From Fervidicoccaceae archaeon (GTDB taxonomy: Archaea; Thermoproteota; Thermoprotei_A; Sulfolobales; Fervidicoccaceae): 64,000 nucleotides of DNA. Positions within the stretch are counted from its first letter, which is position 1. The number at the start of each line of letters is the position of its first letter. The translations under genes were made by a program, and so were the position numbers. The DNA lies in NCBI GenBank assembly GCA_038734945.1, contig JAVYOA010000001.1, positions 1 to 64,000 of the forward strand, given 5' to 3'. Below the pieces are notes generated by a model, which was given only the letters and a program-made list of their open reading frames with translations, made no database searches and had not been told where the DNA came from. This document shows, piece by piece, positions 9,343 through 18,473 of this stretch.

Positions 9343-10291
9343 CATTGGAAATTAAGAGAGGAAGCTCCTTGCTATAAGTTAGCTCCTCAGAGGTCTTTTC
9401 GAACACAAATATATGTTCGTGCTTAAGGAGAAGGAAGTCCTTGTTCCTCTTCATCCAAGGTATTGTTCCAATCATGTTGTGTTGAACCTTGATTATGTGC
9501 TCTTTCAATGTGAACCCAGCCCTGAGGAACTGAAGCATAACCATATACCCAAGAGGAATTATGTGCTTCTTTTTCCTCGCATCTCCTACCATAATTGCTG
9601 CAACTTTCCCTGTCTTGAGGATTCTGTAGATTTCCCTGGCTACCTCACCCATAGCCCTCAAGTATTCCTCTAATTTCATTCTAGAGAGATCCCCTTCTCC
9701 ATTGCTAGAATCTGAAGAATACTTGATGATCCCTGCATATGGCGGATGCCCTGCGACAAGCTCCACGCTCTCATCATCAATCAGATCCAGGTTCCTTGCA
9801 TCCCCCCTGTACAGCTTTACCCTTGAGCTTTCATTCAAGATCGGTTCTATCCTGCTCCAAGCCAGCATAACGGAATCTTCGTTTATATCTATTCCAATGC
9901 ATTTTCTCTTAAGCAATATGCATTCTATGATTGTCGTTCCAGAACCCATGAAGGGATCCAGTACGGTTTCCCCCTCTTCTGAATATAGAAGTATTAAGTT
10001 CCTGGCAACCTGTGGAGCCCAGTTCCCTCTATAGGAAGCATTATGCTTATGCGTCGCCCATTTTCCCCTCTGCGGAAAGCTCCATACAGTTGTTCTCTCT
10101 GCTTCAAATGATTCCGGCTCCAATACTTTTGGCTTAGGAACTCTCAGAGAAAGCTCCTTTCCTCCTATGTTTATACTCTTTCTTGTGCTTTTAAAGAGAA
10201 GAAAGTCCTCGTGTTTTATTTCCTTCATTCCCTCATGTAGCTTTAATATCTCTCTCTGCAATCCTTCTGCTTGTAACTCAGATTCCACCAT
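9332..10291 (-). CDS. Amino-type (N4-C/N6-A) nucleic acid methyltransferase, orphan
   Basis: Motif I LDPFMGSGT followed by motif IV variant HPPY; RGKWATH..YRGNWAPQ; HEHIFVF. Confidence 0.75.
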   Translation of the reverse strand: MVESELQAEGLQREILKLHEGMKEIKHEDFLLFKSTRKSINIGGKELSLRVPKPKVLEPESFEAERTTVWSFPQRGKWATHKHNASYRGNWAPQVARNLILLYSEEGETVLDPFMGSGTTIIECILLKRKCIGIDINEDSVMLAWSRIEPILNESSRVKLYRGDARNLDLIDDESVELVAGHPPYAGIIKYSSDSSNGEGDLSRMKLEEYLRAMGEVAREIYRILKTGKVAAIMVGDARKKKHIIPLGYMVMLQFLRAGFTLKEHIIKVQHNMIGTIPWMKRNKDFLLLKHEHIFVFEKTSEELTYSKELPLLISNVIA

Positions 10292-10353
10292 ATATCCCTG
10301 AAAAAAGAGTATACATTATAAAAAGGATCAAAAAGGAGAGGGCGAATAGAAAT

Positions 10354-10842
10354 TTATTCTTCAATCGCTTCGCGATCATAAGGCTTTCCGAGAGATGCTG
10401 GCATCTCAGCCCTTCTCGACGTGTAAATTAGAATTGCCAAAGTCACAATAAATGGGAGCATAAAGAGGAGCTGGTATGGAATATTTATCTCCATGGCTTG
10501 GAGCGTGTAAACCAAAACCTCAACTCCAGCAAATAGAAGTGAGCCAAAGAGTATAGGGAGAGGACTCCATTTCCCAAAGATTGTTATAGCTATTGAAATC
10601 CATCCTCTTCCACTAACTATTGTATTTGTATAGATTCCCGTGAATCCAAGAGCTAGATAAGCACCAGCTAAACCCATTAAAGAGCTTCCTAATAGAGTGA
10701 ATAGGTGCCTCATTAGGAAAACATTGATGCCTAAAGCATCTGCTGCTCTTGGGTTCTCTCCAATGCTCCTCAGCTTGAGGCCTATGGGTGTGCGAAATAA
10801 GATGTAATGGGTTATTTTAGCTATAGTGTTTGTAATATACAT
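10354..10842 (-). pseudogene. 5'-truncated nucleoside/sugar ABC permease (BPD_transp_2-like) fragment
   Basis: Only the C-terminal ~150 aa are present (RTPIGLKLRSIGENPRAADALGINV...GRGWISIA...PASLGKPY); N-terminal TM helices are missing and no partner genes are adjacent. Confidence 0.7.
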
Positions 10843-10856
10843 GCTTTTTTAAAAAA

Positions 10857-11702
10857 TTAGGGAGAGCTCATGCTCCTCACTCCTGCTGAAGCTATAGCAA
10901 GAAGTTCGATCAAGCTAAGAGCGCTTAATGCGTTTTCGACTACGAATTCGACTGTTAATCCATCTATTCTTTTTGCCCAAGGGAGGTACTCGGCAACGTC
11001 TGCATAGCTCGTATTTTGAAAAGTGACATCCAGAGTTACAGGCTTTTCCAATGCTATTATTCTTAGTTCCCCTCTCTTTGCCGCCTCAGCAGCTTCCTTT
11101 GAGGCTTTCCTAATTTCCTCAATCAATGTCACCATAGAAGGACTCAATGAGGCATATCTCCCAATTGATCTCTTGAGAGGGACAAAAATAGACCATGGAG
11201 TGAACTTTCTGACTTCCGGCTCCAGAGCGCTATCTCCTGCTACAAGTCCTACTGGGATCCCCATCTCGCTGAGGGCAAGAGCATTTATTAGAAATTCGCT
11301 GCATAAAACTTTGTTTATCTCGACTTTATGTATTGCGCTGCCACTATATGTGTGATCAAAAGTTGCGTTCTTTGTACCGAAACCAGCATGATATCCAATG
11401 AAGAAGGCTACAGAGCTTCCTTCCGCACCGGAGATCATGGATTTGAGCCTCGGATAGCCCCTAACTAGGATAGTTCCATTTGGAAGCTCGAATGGATCTA
11501 CATTCAGCATTTCTCCATGACTATCTGCTACCACAACCTCATCAAATCCATTTTCCAGGAGGGTTTTAGAGGCTTCGGAGACGAAGGCTGTAGCTATTTT
11601 CCTCCCCTCGCTCCAGAGGGGTCTATCGTGAGATAGCTGCGCTCTATGAACTATGTGAGGCAAACCTTCCAGATCAACAGATATGAAGGCTCTCTTGACC
11701 AT
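10857..11702 (-). CDS. D-aminopeptidase, peptidase family M55 (DppA-like)
   Basis: ISVDLEG, ADSHG, IGYHA, FDHTY, SE and AGD metal-ligand motifs. Confidence 0.9.
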   Translation of the reverse strand: MVKRAFISVDLEGLPHIVHRAQLSHDRPLWSEGRKIATAFVSEASKTLLENGFDEVVVADSHGEMLNVDPFELPNGTILVRGYPRLKSMISGAEGSSVAFFIGYHAGFGTKNATFDHTYSGSAIHKVEINKVLCSEFLINALALSEMGIPVGLVAGDSALEPEVRKFTPWSIFVPLKRSIGRYASLSPSMVTLIEEIRKASKEAAEAAKRGELRIIALEKPVTLDVTFQNTSYADVAEYLPWAKRIDGLTVEFVVENALSALSLIELLAIASAGVRSMSSP

Positions 11703-11888
11703 TTTTCTACACCCCTGCGAAAATCATAATGGATAAAATTAAAGTTTATTGCAGAATAGATACTTGCCTAACTTCAAAAGATTGTTGACTATATGCTTTT
11801 AAAAGAACCTTTCAGCATTCAAGCATTTTTTAATTGATAAATATTCATAATAACCAAATTTGACAGAAAATCATTTTTGGTGTGTGTA

Positions 11889-13097
11889 TTGCTCAACGAG
11901 ATAAACAACCTAATACAGGAGGCAGATGAAAAGCTGGAAGGAAAGATTCACAGAACTCCCCTTGACTATAGTGCTACATTTTCAAAAATAAGCGGGGGAA
12001 AGATCTACTTAAAGCTGGAGAATCTGCAGAAAACGGGCTCGTTCAAGGTGAGGGGAGCCCTATTTAAAATAATGAGAAACCTCGATATAGCGAAAAAAAG
12101 AGGAGTTATTGCAGCATCTAGCGGGAATCATGCTCAGGGTGTAGCATATTCCTCATCAATTATGGGAGTTCCCGCAACAATTGTAATGCCTGAGATAACT
12201 CCTCCATTCAAGGTAAATGCAACTAAATCTTATGGGGCCAATGTCATTCTTCATGGTACAGTATATGATGAGGCCTACGGCAGGGCCCTGGAGATTTCTA
12301 AGGAGAATGGAGCCATGCTAATTCATCCATTTAACGATCCAGAGATAATTGCCGGTCAGGGAACTATTGGGGTAGAAATTCTTAGGGCGCTCCCTGATGT
12401 AGATGAGGTGGTCGTTCCGATAGGAGGAGGAGGCCTGATATCTGGAATAGGGACTGCTATAAAGATGAGGCGCTCTAATGTGAAGATTATTGGTGTTGAG
12501 CCGAAGGGGGATCCCAAGTATTTCCTCTCGAGGAAGATGGGAAGCATAGCAAAGGTTGATCCCCAACCTAGCTTAGCTGATGGTGTAATAACGAAGTCAG
12601 TTGGAGACCTTACTTTCAATATTATGAATGAGGTTGTTGATGATGTCATAACTGTAAGTGAGGACTCGATAGCTAGAGCCATTTACCTTCTTATGGAGAG
12701 AACAAAGTTAGTTGTTGAGGGAGCAGGTGCTCTGCCTCTGGCTGCTCTGCTGGAGGGTGGTTCCATAGGAAAGGGGGGCAAAAAAGCTGTTCTTGTGCTA
12801 AGCGGAGGCAATATCGATCTCACGACCCTGTACAGGATAATACTCAGGGGTCTTTCAGCTGATGGTAGAATAGTAGAAATAGATCTTGTTCTGAGGGACT
12901 CTCCGGGAGAGCTGAAAAAAGCACTAGAAGTCATATACAAACATAGGGGAAATATTCTTGAAATAAGACATGACAGGATGGGGTTAAAGCTACCACCAGG
13001 ATATGCGAGAGCAGAGCTCATAGTTGAACTACCAAGCAAGGAAGAGGAGCCAGAGGTTAGGAAAGAGCTCGAAAGAGCTGGCTTCATGCTGTCTTAG
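11889..13097 (+). CDS. ilvA: Threonine ammonia-lyase with C-terminal ACT domain
   Basis: KLENLQKTGSFKVRGA PLP lysine, SSGNHAQG, PIGGGGL, SGGNID, DSPG ACT domain. TTG 11889 follows a GGTG RBS (track start 11877). Confidence 0.9.
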   Translation: MLNEINNLIQEADEKLEGKIHRTPLDYSATFSKISGGKIYLKLENLQKTGSFKVRGALFKIMRNLDIAKKRGVIAASSGNHAQGVAYSSSIMGVPATIVMPEITPPFKVNATKSYGANVILHGTVYDEAYGRALEISKENGAMLIHPFNDPEIIAGQGTIGVEILRALPDVDEVVVPIGGGGLISGIGTAIKMRRSNVKIIGVEPKGDPKYFLSRKMGSIAKVDPQPSLADGVITKSVGDLTFNIMNEVVDDVITVSEDSIARAIYLLMERTKLVVEGAGALPLAALLEGGSIGKGGKKAVLVLSGGNIDLTTLYRIILRGLSADGRIVEIDLVLRDSPGELKKALEVIYKHRGNILEIRHDRMGLKLPPGYARAELIVELPSKEEEPEVRKELERAGFMLS

Positions 13098-13230
13098 CAT
13101 CCATAATTTTTATCTCTAGCCAAAAAACTCATGTTGGAGTTGCTATGGAGAATTTTGATAGCTTTATGTTCGCCATGAGTCTTGAAGAGCAAGGCCTTCA
13201 AACGAAAGAATAGGGGGAAATTTTTTTATT

Positions 13231-14874
13231 GTGAAGAGCGCAAGTTATGACAGTTGCTTGAAAAAAGGGGAAGCTGAAACAGAGATGGCCCGAAGATTTG
13301 AGCAGTCCTTCAAAGCATTGCTTGGAAGATCTTCAAGAAAGTTAACATATGCCGCACTCAGCATTGCTGTGGCTTTCTCAGTCCTGAAAGGAACGCTGGT
13401 CTACTTTGGAGAATTGCTATTCGCTTCCTTCATGCTCTTCATATCGAGGAATAGTGCTCTAAATCTGAGAAGGATATTGACTATATCATCTGTAATAGTT
13501 GCTACAGCAGCTATGATTGAGCTAGTTCTATTCAGACCTCCTTTTTCTCTATTTCTTCTAGTTCCCTCTATCACTTCCGTCATACTTCTGTCGCTATCAC
13601 CCAACAGTTTGATCTATGTGCTGCCATTCATAATTTCATCTATAATCTACAGCAGGATAAGCGAAAAAGCTATGTTAGGGAGCTTCATTCTGCTTCTAGG
13701 AGCGGTTTTTCTAAAGCATATATCCAAGAAATTGGCTTATGGTACAGATCCATTTTATCTTTTTAGCTCCATGATTGAAACTCTATTTGGAGAAAGCAAT
13801 TCATTTGAAAGGGTTTTGAAGAGCTTGTCCGAGGACAAGGAAGTTGAGGTATATCTATTCAAAATAGATGGAATCTCTCCTATACTCCTAGTTGTATCTA
13901 ATGTTCATCCTGGCCCATTTAGGAATGTGAGTGGGGCGAAGCTCGTTAGATTGCTCAGAAATAGGCTGAATGAACGTGGATACAGGCTTGTATTCCTTCA
14001 CGGCATAGGGAGTCATGAGAATGATCCTGCTACAAGTGAGGATGTAGAGAGTCTCATAAAGAGCATTGAGTTAGCTCTCGATCAGGGCAGCTGGATGAGC
14101 TGCAGAGGGGAAGGGATCAAGCCATTTTCTCTAGAAATGGAAGATATTAGGGCAACAGGCTTTAGTCTGGGAAGCTGTCCTCCTTTGCTTCTCATATCGA
14201 GAAAAAACAGCTCTATGGATGACTTACCAGGTTTTTTGGCGCAGAAGGCCAAGGATGCTGGAGTTATACTAGTGGACTCTCAGAACAAATTCGAAGGAGA
14301 AGTTGACTGGAGCTCTAAGCACATTAATGACCTTCTTTACCTTATATCTCAGATTCCAAAGGAAAAATGCAAGCCGAGAATAGGATACTCCTCCGTGAGT
14401 ACTGAGGAGCTTGATCCTTCAGGCAATGAAATTGGACCGCTGGGAATGAGCGTAATAACGATAGAATGTGAAGGCCAGAAGGCTGCCTTTGTAGTTATAG
14501 ATGGAAACAACATGAGAGATGAGATGAGAAGAGCATTGGTTGATGCTGCAAGATCTGCTGGATTCACCATTGTTGAAGTAGCCACTACGGACAACCATGA
14601 GAGTACAGGAAGTTCGAAGGGAAGAGGATACAAAGTTGTGGGAGAAACAATACCTGCCTCCAAGGTTGTGGATGCTCTGCTCAGATCATTAAAGAGGGCT
14701 GAGAGCGAGGAATCCGAGAGAGAGGTTGCTTTTCATGTCCTTAGGCTCAACATGAGCGTAGTAGGGGAAAGGGGTATGGGACTATTTGAGAGAATAGTTG
14801 ATAGATTGAAAATTTTTGAAGCTCTTATATTTGGCTATCTTGCGATAGCTTTGATAGTATCTCTTTACATGTAA
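13231..14874 (+). CDS. DUF2070-family membrane protein
   Basis: N-terminal TM helices plus HPGPF, HG..SHEND, DSQN, DGNN and TTDNH motifs; start uncertain. Confidence 0.75.
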   Translation: MKSASYDSCLKKGEAETEMARRFEQSFKALLGRSSRKLTYAALSIAVAFSVLKGTLVYFGELLFASFMLFISRNSALNLRRILTISSVIVATAAMIELVLFRPPFSLFLLVPSITSVILLSLSPNSLIYVLPFIISSIIYSRISEKAMLGSFILLLGAVFLKHISKKLAYGTDPFYLFSSMIETLFGESNSFERVLKSLSEDKEVEVYLFKIDGISPILLVVSNVHPGPFRNVSGAKLVRLLRNRLNERGYRLVFLHGIGSHENDPATSEDVESLIKSIELALDQGSWMSCRGEGIKPFSLEMEDIRATGFSLGSCPPLLLISRKNSSMDDLPGFLAQKAKDAGVILVDSQNKFEGEVDWSSKHINDLLYLISQIPKEKCKPRIGYSSVSTEELDPSGNEIGPLGMSVITIECEGQKAAFVVIDGNNMRDEMRRALVDAARSAGFTIVEVATTDNHESTGSSKGRGYKVVGETIPASKVVDALLRSLKRAESEESEREVAFHVLRLNMSVVGERGMGLFERIVDRLKIFEALIFGYLAIALIVSLYM

Positions 14875-14962
14875 AGGATCTGCCTTTTCTTTTCGAAAAA
14901 AATGAATATATACAAAAAAACAAAAATAATATGATTCAAATTAATTAAAATCGGTGATAGAA

Positions 14963-15295
14963 TTGGAAAGACTGAAAGAGTTCAGTGAAATGTTAGCAGT
15001 TGTCCAGAAAGAGAATCCGGAAAAAGTAGCAGCTTTCATGGAGCTGCTGGAAAAGGTCGAAAAGAAGGGAGCTCTTGATGTGAAAACTAAAGAACTCATT
15101 GCATTGGCTCTTGGAATAGTTAAGCACTGTGAATGGTGCATATCTTATCATGTTCACGAGGCACTAAACGCTGGAGCCACAAGAGAAGAGGTTCTCGAGG
15201 CTGCTTGGGTAGCCGTGCTCATGGATGGTGGTCCTGGATTGGCACACCTCGTTCCAGTCCTAAAAGCTCTCAACGATTTTGCCAAACAGAAATGA
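14963..15295 (+). CDS. Carboxymuconolactone decarboxylase / AhpD-like protein
   Basis: GALDVKTKELIAL, CEWC..YH, GATREE, MDGGP; TTG start after GGTGA. Confidence 0.85.
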   Translation: MERLKEFSEMLAVVQKENPEKVAAFMELLEKVEKKGALDVKTKELIALALGIVKHCEWCISYHVHEALNAGATREEVLEAAWVAVLMDGGPGLAHLVPVLKALNDFAKQK

Positions 15296-15418
15296 GACTC
15301 TCTTCTCCCAATTCCTTTTTTCAAAATTTATTGTTTCTTTTCAGTTTCAAAGAAAATGCACAAGGAACAGATGAAGTGAAAAAAGAAATTTTTGGGGCAA
15401 TGTATAAAGAGAGTCTGC

Positions 15419-15592
15419 CTACTTCTTCTGAAGCTTCTCGACTTCTGCCTTGCTAAGTATTCTATAAATGGTTATTCCGGTCTCAGGGCTCTTTCCCCTA
15501 ACAGCAACTCTTCCATTCTTCAGAGTCACAATCTCGGGGTTCTGAAGCTTTACCTTCTTCCTAGCCTTTACATCAAACGCTTCGAATTCCAT
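15419..15592 (-). CDS. 57-aa basic protein, CC1 (crenarchaeal chromatin protein 1) / DUF5679-like
   Basis: Hand translation MEFEAFDVKARKKVKLQNPEIVTLKNGRVAVRGKSPETGITIYRILSKAEVEKLQKK; AGGTG RBS and TTTATATAA box upstream; below the ORF-track length cutoff. Confidence 0.75.
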   Translation of the reverse strand: MEFEAFDVKARKKVKLQNPEIVTLKNGRVAVRGKSPETGITIYRILSKAEVEKLQKK

Positions 15593-15637
15593 TCTTCATG
15601 CACCTTGTGAATGTTTGTGAAAATATTCCATGCGTGC

Positions 15638-15646
15638 TTATATAAA
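15638..15646 (-). promoter_or_regulatory. TATA box of the CC1-like gene
   Basis: TTTATATAA on the minus strand, about 46-54 nt upstream of ATG 15592. Confidence 0.5.
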
Positions 15647-15909
15647 CATATTTCCAGCTTTATGAAGCAAAATGCTTTATTTACCTTTTAAATCTCCAGC
15701 ATTTTCAAGCTCAAAGCAAGAAAAAAGAACAAAACTTTTTCCAAAAATTTCTTTCTATATGCGAAATATTGTAATACCATTTTGAGATTATAGGAAAAAT
15801 TAAGTTGAAGTACTACGCAAGAATGATAGTTAGTATTCCAAAACCCGCAGAAGTAATACAGGAAATACGCCAGTCGCAGCGAAAGAAATTGAACAATGGC
15901 TCTATTCTT

Positions 15910-16203
15910 TCATGATATCTTTCTTTTTCCTTTCCTTTCTTCCTCAATGAGCCATCTCACTGGAACAAGCTGCTTGACTCCTCCCCTCAGCCATCTTGCT
16001 ACAGTTATGGGGAGAACGCCTTCTTCGAGCTCCTTTTCAGCAATATATATTGGGTCTCTTGGAACAGATGTCAGGTCTATGAAGGGTGGGGCTCCAAAAG
16101 ATAGCTGAAGCGCCCTTGCGCTTATTATTCTGGCCCGCTCGAATCTTGTAAGTTTTTTCGGTGGAATAACTTCATCGATGCTCTTGGGAATCACAAAGCT
16201 CAT
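15910..16203 (-). CDS. rpoK: DNA-directed RNA polymerase subunit K (Rpo6)
   Basis: [22 protein letters not shown]...IAEKEL...LPITV. True start ATG 16203; the track extension into the thermosome gene is spurious. Confidence 0.93.
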   Translation of the reverse strand: MSFVIPKSIDEVIPPKKLTRFERARIISARALQLSFGAPPFIDLTSVPRDPIYIAEKELEEGVLPITVARWLRGGVKQLVPVRWLIEEERKGKRKIS

Positions 16204-16267
16204 GCTAACGCCCCCAAAAAGATATATGGAACAAAAATAAGGTTTTTTAAAGAAGATTAAAAAGTTT

Positions 16268-17923
16268 TTAGAATTCGGGCATCTTCGGGGTTGATCCTTC
16301 TTCTCCTTCCTTGCCTTTCTCCTTTTCTTTCTTAGGAGGCTGAGCTGCGATGAGGTCATCTATCTTCAATATCGTAATAGCAGCCTCGATAGCACTCTTG
16401 ATTGCCTGCTTCTTAACAATTATTGGCTCAATTATGTTCTCCTCGAACGTGTTCTCAACAATTGTTCCAGTTATCGCATTTATTCCTGCCTGTACCTTTC
16501 CTTCACTGTGCATTTGCCTCAGCTTCATGAGAGAGTCCAGAGCGTCGAGACCGCTGGTCTCGGCAAGTATCATTGGAACGGTCTCAAGAGCATCAGCAAC
16601 GGCCTCCACTGCCAGCTGCTTCTTTCCACCCAGAGTCATGGCGTACTTTCTCAGCTGCAAGGCAAGCTCTATTTCTGGGGCTCCTCCTCCTCCTATGACC
16701 TTTGGATCTTTCATGACGTTCCTGAGCACATGTAGAGCGTCGTTTATGCTTCTCTCGGCCTCATCAAGTATTATGTCGTTTGCTCCTCTGAGCAATATTG
16801 TAACACTCTTGGCATTCTTGACCCCCTCAACGAATACCATCTTGTCGTTGCCAACCTTCCTTTCCTCTACCAACGCGGCCTCTCCGAGATCCTCAGGCTT
16901 CAGGTCTCTTATGCTAGTCACTATCCTTCCTCCAGTTGCTCTCTCGAGCTTCTCCATGTCGCTCCTCTTGACCCTCCTCACAGCAAGGATTCCCTTCTTA
17001 GCGAGGAAGTGCTGGGCTACGTCATCTATTCCCTTCTGGCATATAACAACGTTTGCTCCGACCTCAGCTATCTTGTCGACCATTTCCTTGAGTAGCTTTG
17101 TCTCCTCGTCAAGGAATGCTCTCATCTGCTCAGGGCTCGTGATGTTTATTTTAGCTGATATCTCAGGTTTCTTTATCTCGAGTGGGGCATCTAGGAGAGC
17201 TATCTTAGCATTCTCCACTCTTCTTGGCATTCCAGGATGAACAACTTCCTTATCGAGAACTGTTCCTCTCACAAGTATTGAATCTGTTAGTGACTCTCCC
17301 TTTTTCTTCTCTATCTTCACGTTATCGAGTCTTACATTGAAACCTCCTCCGTTCTCTATTGGCTCTGCTACAGCCTTTGCTGCCTCCAGTATGAGATCGG
17401 AGAGCTTCTCAAGCGTTGCTCCGCTTCCAATGTACTTGCTGGAAATCGAGGTTTTGATTAGCCTCTTGAGCAGTTCATCATCCTGAGTTGGTACCTTTAT
17501 AGCTATATTGTCAAGTATCTCAATGGCTTTGTGAAGCGCGCTGGAATAACCTTCCATTATAAGTGTTGGGTGAATGTTTTGATCGAGGAGAAATTCAGCC
17601 TTCTCAAGTAAGCTTCCTGCCAAAACAACAGCAGTAGTTGTTCCGTCTCCCACTTCGGCATCCTGAGCCTTGGCAACTTCCACGAGCAGCTTCGCTGCAG
17701 GATGGTTCACTTCCATTTCCTTTACTATTGTCACACCGTCATTTGTTACAGTAACATCTCCAAAGCTGTCTACCAGCATTTTGTCGAGTCCCCTGGGACC
17801 CAAGCTAGTTTTTAGTATTTCAGCGAGTACTCTCGCTGCCATTATGTTTGCTCTCAGAGCATCTCTACCCGTTGTTCTCTGTGTACCTTCTTTAAGAATC
17901 AATACAGGAACTCCATAGCTCAT
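16268..17923 (-). CDS. Thermosome (group II chaperonin) subunit
   Basis: [30 protein letters not shown]; alpha versus beta not resolved. Confidence 0.96.
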   Translation of the reverse strand: MSYGVPVLILKEGTQRTTGRDALRANIMAARVLAEILKTSLGPRGLDKMLVDSFGDVTVTNDGVTIVKEMEVNHPAAKLLVEVAKAQDAEVGDGTTTAVVLAGSLLEKAEFLLDQNIHPTLIMEGYSSALHKAIEILDNIAIKVPTQDDELLKRLIKTSISSKYIGSGATLEKLSDLILEAAKAVAEPIENGGGFNVRLDNVKIEKKKGESLTDSILVRGTVLDKEVVHPGMPRRVENAKIALLDAPLEIKKPEISAKINITSPEQMRAFLDEETKLLKEMVDKIAEVGANVVICQKGIDDVAQHFLAKKGILAVRRVKRSDMEKLERATGGRIVTSIRDLKPEDLGEAALVEERKVGNDKMVFVEGVKNAKSVTILLRGANDIILDEAERSINDALHVLRNVMKDPKVIGGGGAPEIELALQLRKYAMTLGGKKQLAVEAVADALETVPMILAETSGLDALDSLMKLRQMHSEGKVQAGINAITGTIVENTFEENIIEPIIVKKQAIKSAIEAAITILKIDDLIAAQPPKKEKEKGKEGEEGSTPKMPEF

Positions 17924-18051
17924 TATTATATCACCTCAGGTGCCAATCAAATGGCTGGACTCTAAAGTGAGTTCAACTATGATCATAAAATCTACTTCTA
18001 TAAAAACTTTTCGATCTTCGGAAAATTCTCCTCAAACCTACTTGCCTTCCA

Positions 18052-18345
18052 CTATCCTCCTCCTTCTACTTGAAAAACGTCTATAGCATCGAACGTTATT
18101 CTGTCATGCTCTGACAGCCTGGCATTCTTTCCTCCTCTGAACGTGGCAGCTTCTCCATTTATCACAACGATTATCCCAGCTCTTGGTTCGCCGTTTTCCT
18201 GAAATAGAGCTGAAGCTTTAGAACCCAATCTGGTTCTAATCTTATCGTAGACGTCGGAGAGCTTATCGACATCGTTAATAGTTATTTCCTTTTCCCCTAC
18301 AATATCTATTAATCTTCCATAGAATCTTACTGTAACTGAGGCCAT
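18052..18345 (-). CDS. MoaD/ThiS/SAMP ubiquitin-like sulfur carrier
   Basis: VTVRFYG start, VVING, C-terminal Gly-Gly (VEGGG). Confidence 0.85.
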   Translation of the reverse strand: MASVTVRFYGRLIDIVGEKEITINDVDKLSDVYDKIRTRLGSKASALFQENGEPRAGIIVVINGEAATFRGGKNARLSEHDRITFDAIDVFQVEGGG

Positions 18346-18473
18346 TCTGCTTAGCCCCGCTTTTCCTCAAACTAAAAGTATGTTGGCACTTATTTAAAAA
18401 GTTTGATTATAAAAAAAGAAAAATAATTTATATATCGATGACTCTGCAATAAATTCATTTGCTTACCAGGTGA

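Noticed and set aside
16350..17240. 296-aa plus-strand ORF
   Set aside because: It is an antisense shadow of the thermosome gene with no recognisable motifs. The same applies to the many shorter antisense ORFs in the track.
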